Positions 59,995 to 64,000 of a DNA stretch of 64,000 bases are shown here, in pieces. Location: assembly GCA_965215195.1 (NCBI GenBank), contig CBDCDC010000001.1, forward strand, positions 672,001-736,000, in the 5' to 3' direction. Within the stretch, counting starts at the first letter, position 1. Every line of letters begins with the position of its first letter. The DNA is from Candidatus Latescibacterota bacterium (lineage in GTDB: Bacteria; Latescibacterota; UBA2968; UBA8231). Below the pieces are notes generated by a model, which saw nothing but the letters and a program-made list of their open reading frames with translations, had not been told where the DNA came from and did not search any database. Position numbers and translations under genes: made by a program.

Positions 59995-61445
59995 GGCTCT
60001 TGCTCCAGTTCGCCTAACTTGGCCCGGGCGCGCTGGTGATCCGGGGCAAGGGCGAGCACCTTTTGCAAGGCGTGCCGCGCTTGTTCCCGTTGCCCTTGCT
60101 GCACGAGGATCAGGGCCAGCCCGTAGTGCGATTCCGCGTGGTCTGGGTCGAGGGCAATGCTGCGGGCGAAATGGGCGCGGGCATCGCGGTAGCTCGCTTG
60201 GCGGACGTAGGCCAGCCCGAGGGCGTAGTGGGCATCGCGGTGGTCGGGCTTGCGGGCGAGGGCTTGGCGCAGCGCGGCGATGGCCCCGGCAAAGTCGCCG
60301 CTTTTGAACCGCGTGCGGCCCAAGCCATAGGCGGCGGCAAAGGAGTCGGGCTCAAGGGCCAAGGCGCGGGCAAAGTGCGCGTTCGCTTCTTTGAGCACCC
60401 CCTCGTGCAAGTACAGGTCGCCCAGCATGAGGTAGGCGTCGCGGTGGTCGGGATTGCGAGCGAGGACTTGCTCCAGCGCGGCGCGGGCGTCGGCAAAGCG
60501 CTTTTGCTGCGCGTACACAGTGGCCAGACGCAGGCGAATATCGACGGAAGTAGAGTCGCTGGCGCGGGCGCGCTTTAGGGAGTTGATGGCCTTGTCCCAC
60601 GCGCGTTGGCGGATGTAAATGTTGCCCTGATTGAGGTGGCGTTCGGCCGCGCTCAACTGCTGGAAGCGGCCTTGGGCGTTGCGGGCGTCGTCGTCGCGGC
60701 CGCACTCGGCATAGGCTTGGGCCAAAAGGTAGTGGGGAGCCGGGTTGGGCGAGTCGGCATTTGCAGTGCGCTCGAGCACGGGAATGGCCGCTGCGGGTTC
60801 TTTGAGGCGGATGAGCAAGCCGCCCAAGCCGAGGCCGCCTTGGACGTGGTCGGGGTCGCGGGCGAGCAGGTCGGCAAAACCCGCCCGCGCTTGGGCTAAT
60901 TGCTGGTTGCGCGCGAGCAGATCGCTGTGAAAGTAGCGGGCCTCAAGGTGGTCGGGCGCGAGTTCGATGGTGCGTTTGAAGGCCGCGAGCGCGCCCGCAA
61001 AATCGCCGGTGGCGCGGCGCACCTCGCCTAGGTAGAAGTGATATTTGGCGCGCTCGGGCGCGCGTTCGATGGCCTGTTTTAGCTGGGCTGTGGCCTCTAG
61101 ATAGCGGTGCTGGTCGCGCAGCACTGCGGCGAGGGCAAAGTGCGCACCGGGCTGGTCGGGCGCGAGGGCCAAGGCGCGTTTGAAAGATGCGATGGCGGCC
61201 GCGGGTTGGTCGAGCCGAGCGTGGGCTAGCCCCTGCTGAAAATGGGCGGTGCTCGACGAGGAATCGAGCGCCACGGCCTGCGCCAGTGCCGCTAGGGCGC
61301 GTGCGGGTCGATCTTGTTGCAAAAAGAGCGTGCCGCGCTGGAGCAAGCGGCGGGCTTCTTGCGGCTCGGGCTTCGACCTGAGCTCAGCCGAAGGTGGGTC
61401 GGCGCAGGCGAGTGCGCCCAACATCAGCAACAGGTGTGCGGTCAT
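59991..61445 (-). CDS. Tetratricopeptide repeat lipoprotein
   Basis: Lipobox ALAC; about 12 TPR units. Confidence 0.9.
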   Translation of the reverse strand: MTAHLLLMLGALACADPPSAELRSKPEPQEARRLLQRGTLFLQQDRPARALAALAQAVALDSSSSTAHFQQGLAHARLDQPAAAIASFKRALALAPDQPGAHFALAAVLRDQHRYLEATAQLKQAIERAPERAKYHFYLGEVRRATGDFAGALAAFKRTIELAPDHLEARYFHSDLLARNQQLAQARAGFADLLARDPDHVQGGLGLGGLLIRLKEPAAAIPVLERTANADSPNPAPHYLLAQAYAECGRDDDARNAQGRFQQLSAAERHLNQGNIYIRQRAWDKAINSLKRARASDSTSVDIRLRLATVYAQQKRFADARAALEQVLARNPDHRDAYLMLGDLYLHEGVLKEANAHFARALALEPDSFAAAYGLGRTRFKSGDFAGAIAALRQALARKPDHRDAHYALGLAYVRQASYRDARAHFARSIALDPDHAESHYGLALILVQQGQREQARHALQKVLALAPDHQRARAKLGELEQEP

Positions 61446-61448
61446 CGC

Positions 61449-63086
61449 TCAGGTGCCTTGGACCAGCGAATCCGGCAGGGCGGCTCTGAGGGCGCGCTCG
61501 TCGATCTCGACCCGATTCTGATAGCGCTGGCGCAGGTCTTTGACCAAGCTGGTGAAGGCCGCGTTTTCCCGCTCGCGGCGCAACAGGGCGCGGGCGCGGC
61601 GCTGCACCTGCTCGTACGGCTCGACCCGGCCGGGGTTGCGCCCTTGGACGCGGAAAATGGAGTACCCGTCGCGCACCCGAATCGGCCCGACGAGCTGGCC
61701 GGGTTCGGCCGCGTACATGGCCGGGACTAGGTGCGGATAGAGCTTCTCGTCGCGCGGATGGAAGTGGAAGCGCGCTTGCGCCTGAACGGCTTGGGCGCGT
61801 ACGCTGCGGTCGGCGAGATCGGCAAAACTCGCGCCGGCCGCGAGCTGACTGCTGAGCCACTGGGCCTCGGCCGGGTTGGGCGCGAGCAGCTCTTCGACCT
61901 CGACGGACTCTTCGTGGTAAAACATGTCGGGATGGCTGTCGTAGTAGGCCCACACCTCGGCGTCGGAGAGCATTTCGACGGCCGCGAAGCGCTCGCGCAC
62001 GGCATTGAGCAGCGCGTCTTGGTAGGTCCTCGTGGCCAGCCGTTGGACGTCCGGGTCGTCGTGCAGGCCCTGTTCGCGGGCAGCGCGGCGCTGGAGGAGG
62101 GGCCGCAGCACCAGCCGGTCTAGCGCGGTGTGCATACGCATGCTGTCTTTGAGGCTGCGCTGGGCATTGAGCCGCCGCAGGGCCTTGTACGCGGCCGCGA
62201 CTGTGGCTTGACCTTCGGCAAAGGTGTAGAGCGGTGCGGCGCACGTATCGAGCAGGCTTGTGTCTTCCCGCTGGGCCGCCCTGAGCATGAGTTGCAGCCC
62301 GTCGCGGTCGAGAGCCGCACCGGCCGCGGCGCTGAGCGATTCAAAATGCTCGGCCTCAACTTGGGCCAAGCGCTCCCTGAATAGCTGCTCCTCGATGAGG
62401 GGCCGGTAGCGCTCGTAGGGCGCGTCGCGGTCTTCGGTGAAGCGGACGACGTGATAGCTGCGGCCGGCGCGCAACGGGGCGGATATTTCTCCCAAGGGCA
62501 GGGCATTGAAGACCTCGGCCGGGATGTGCAGACCGGGCGCGGCCTCGCGGCCAATAAAGCCTAACTCGCCGCCCTGTTCAGCCGAGCGCTTGTCGAGCGA
62601 GTGTGTGCGAGCCACCTCGGCAAAAGCTTGGCCGGCTTCTAGCGCGGCCACGGCCGCTTCGATTTCGGCGCGGGTTTTTACCAAGATCGCGCTGAGCTTG
62701 CGCTCGCGGTGGTAGCCCTCTGCGGCAAAGACGCGCCGCACATCCTCTTCGGGCACTTGCACCTGAGCGGTTATGTTGCGCGCCCGATAGAGGGCGATGA
62801 CCCGCGCATCCACGGCTTCGTCCACAGTGCGCTGTACCGAGCGCAGCGTATCCAGCCCGTGGGCCACGGCCTCTTTGAGGATTAGTTGGCGGTCGATGAG
62901 CGATTGCACGTATTGACGCCGGGCCGCGTCGCCGCCTGCGGGGTGGCGCAGGCCCGGAGGCAGCTTTTCCACAAAGGCCCGCAGGCTCGCCGCCGAGATG
63001 GGCACTTGATCGACCCGCGCCACGGGCCGCTCGCCTTCTTGGGCACACCCCCACCAAGCCAACGCCAGCAAAATTCCCATATACAT
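61449..63086 (-). CDS. PpiC-type peptidyl-prolyl isomerase lipoprotein
   Basis: VARVDQVPIS, FAEVARTHSLDKRSAEQGGELGF; second rotamase-like domain. Confidence 0.85.
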   Translation of the reverse strand: MYMGILLALAWWGCAQEGERPVARVDQVPISAASLRAFVEKLPPGLRHPAGGDAARRQYVQSLIDRQLILKEAVAHGLDTLRSVQRTVDEAVDARVIALYRARNITAQVQVPEEDVRRVFAAEGYHRERKLSAILVKTRAEIEAAVAALEAGQAFAEVARTHSLDKRSAEQGGELGFIGREAAPGLHIPAEVFNALPLGEISAPLRAGRSYHVVRFTEDRDAPYERYRPLIEEQLFRERLAQVEAEHFESLSAAAGAALDRDGLQLMLRAAQREDTSLLDTCAAPLYTFAEGQATVAAAYKALRRLNAQRSLKDSMRMHTALDRLVLRPLLQRRAAREQGLHDDPDVQRLATRTYQDALLNAVRERFAAVEMLSDAEVWAYYDSHPDMFYHEESVEVEELLAPNPAEAQWLSSQLAAGASFADLADRSVRAQAVQAQARFHFHPRDEKLYPHLVPAMYAAEPGQLVGPIRVRDGYSIFRVQGRNPGRVEPYEQVQRRARALLRRERENAAFTSLVKDLRQRYQNRVEIDERALRAALPDSLVQGT

Positions 63087-63107
63087 TGTATCTCTCCCGT
63101 TAAATTC

Positions 63108-64000
63108 CTAATACACCGGCGTCCGATTCCCCACCATGCCGGTAAAACCATCCACCACCAGCCACAGGCCGGCCGCGACGAACTGGCCGAGCACGACTCC
63201 GATGAAGAAGGGGCGGGTCAGGAGGTAGGTGCGGGGGCCGCCGTACTTGAGGACGGTGATCTTGATGAGCCAAGCCAAAAAGATCGAAAACCAAATGCTG
63301 TTCATCACCCAGCCAGTGCTCACGGCAAAGCCGAGCGGGTGAAAGGGCCACCACACGAAGAAGTGGCGGACGGTCATCAAGCCGCCCATGATTAGGGCAC
63401 CGAAACCCGTCCACAGCCACCCGGCGAGGCTCGGCCCGGTGGGGTTGGCCAGCTTTTGCGCGGCAAAGTCCGAGGGGTAGGCGGCAAAGCCGGTGAAGTA
63501 TTGGGGATGCAGGTTGAGCGCACCGTCGCGGTACGCGAGGTAGAGCATGAACCAGCAGGAGACCACCAGACTGATGAGCATGGCCGCGACAAGGGCCCAA
63601 AAGAGCGGCCGGCGGGTGCCGTTGATCGCGCTGCCCAAGCGCAGGCTGTTGGCGAGGGGCGCAGTCATAAAGACCAGCAGGTCACCCGTCCAGACGAAGG
63701 TGTAGCCCGTGGCGACCATGCCCGGTGCGCCGAGGGCGGGGACCCCAACGCCAGAGACGACAAAGCCGGCCGGGACCATTTCTGGGGTTACGGTGGGCAT
63801 GCCCGCTTCGGCGATGACGCGCGCTAGGCCGATGAATATGACCAGCGACGAGAACAGGAAGAAGGGCACGATCCAAGCCGGGATCCCGCTCTTCCACAGC
63901 CAGAAGCCCATTGTGCAGACGCCGCCGCCGAAGAGCCAAAACGCGGCCCGATAGGAGAGGATCTCCGCAGAGTCGTCGATCTGGTCGTCGCCCCACAGGG
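63108..64000 (-). CDS. DUF6785/DUF6784-type membrane protein, 5' end outside window
   Basis: DDSAEILSYRAA, WWPFHPLGF, RPFFIG; paralog of 22003..23943. Confidence 0.82.
   Translation of the reverse strand, partial: LWGDDQIDDSAEILSYRAAFWLFGGGVCTMGFWLWKSGIPAWIVPFFLFSSLVIFIGLARVIAEAGMPTVTPEMVPAGFVVSGVGVPALGAPGMVATGYTFVWTGDLLVFMTAPLANSLRLGSAINGTRRPLFWALVAAMLISLVVSCWFMLYLAYRDGALNLHPQYFTGFAAYPSDFAAQKLANPTGPSLAGWLWTGFGALIMGGLMTVRHFFVWWPFHPLGFAVSTGWVMNSIWFSIFLAWLIKITVLKYGGPRTYLLTRPFFIGVVLGQFVAAGLWLVVDGFTGMVGNRTPVY

Overview
GC-rich bacterial window. Its gene content suggests Candidatus Latescibacterota or a related lineage, possibly a sponge symbiont (inference only): FlgD-Ig/T9SS-like secreted proteins, DUF6785-type membrane proteins, large PpiC foldases, CBM9-like proteins ending in 'VE-x3-WG-x-[LI]K', and PhyH dioxygenases. 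The backbone has three copies or parts of a recurrent uncharacterised envelope module, a carbohydrate ABC transporter, moxR-DUF58, a suf operon and small catabolic genes. Accessory DNA is dense. It includes abiEi/abiEii, hicB-hicA, and a 10.7-kb DUF499/DUF1156 defence island splitting sufB from sufC. There is also a low-GC ABC-ATPase plus PLD-like gene pair, nested IS5 elements, a MITE, REPs and several internally deleted TA/defence remnants. The most notable signal is absent from the ORF track. A CARF-domain sigma-54 activator (48290-49786) is followed by phased 20-bp direct repeats, an IHF-like site and a consensus -24/-12 promoter. Behind these lie three microproteins of 26, 52 and 24 aa with strong RBSs, one with Ldr/Fst-toxin-like spacing. 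This is a candidate signal-induced microprotein defence or dormancy system. All family assignments come from motif recognition; no database searches were run.
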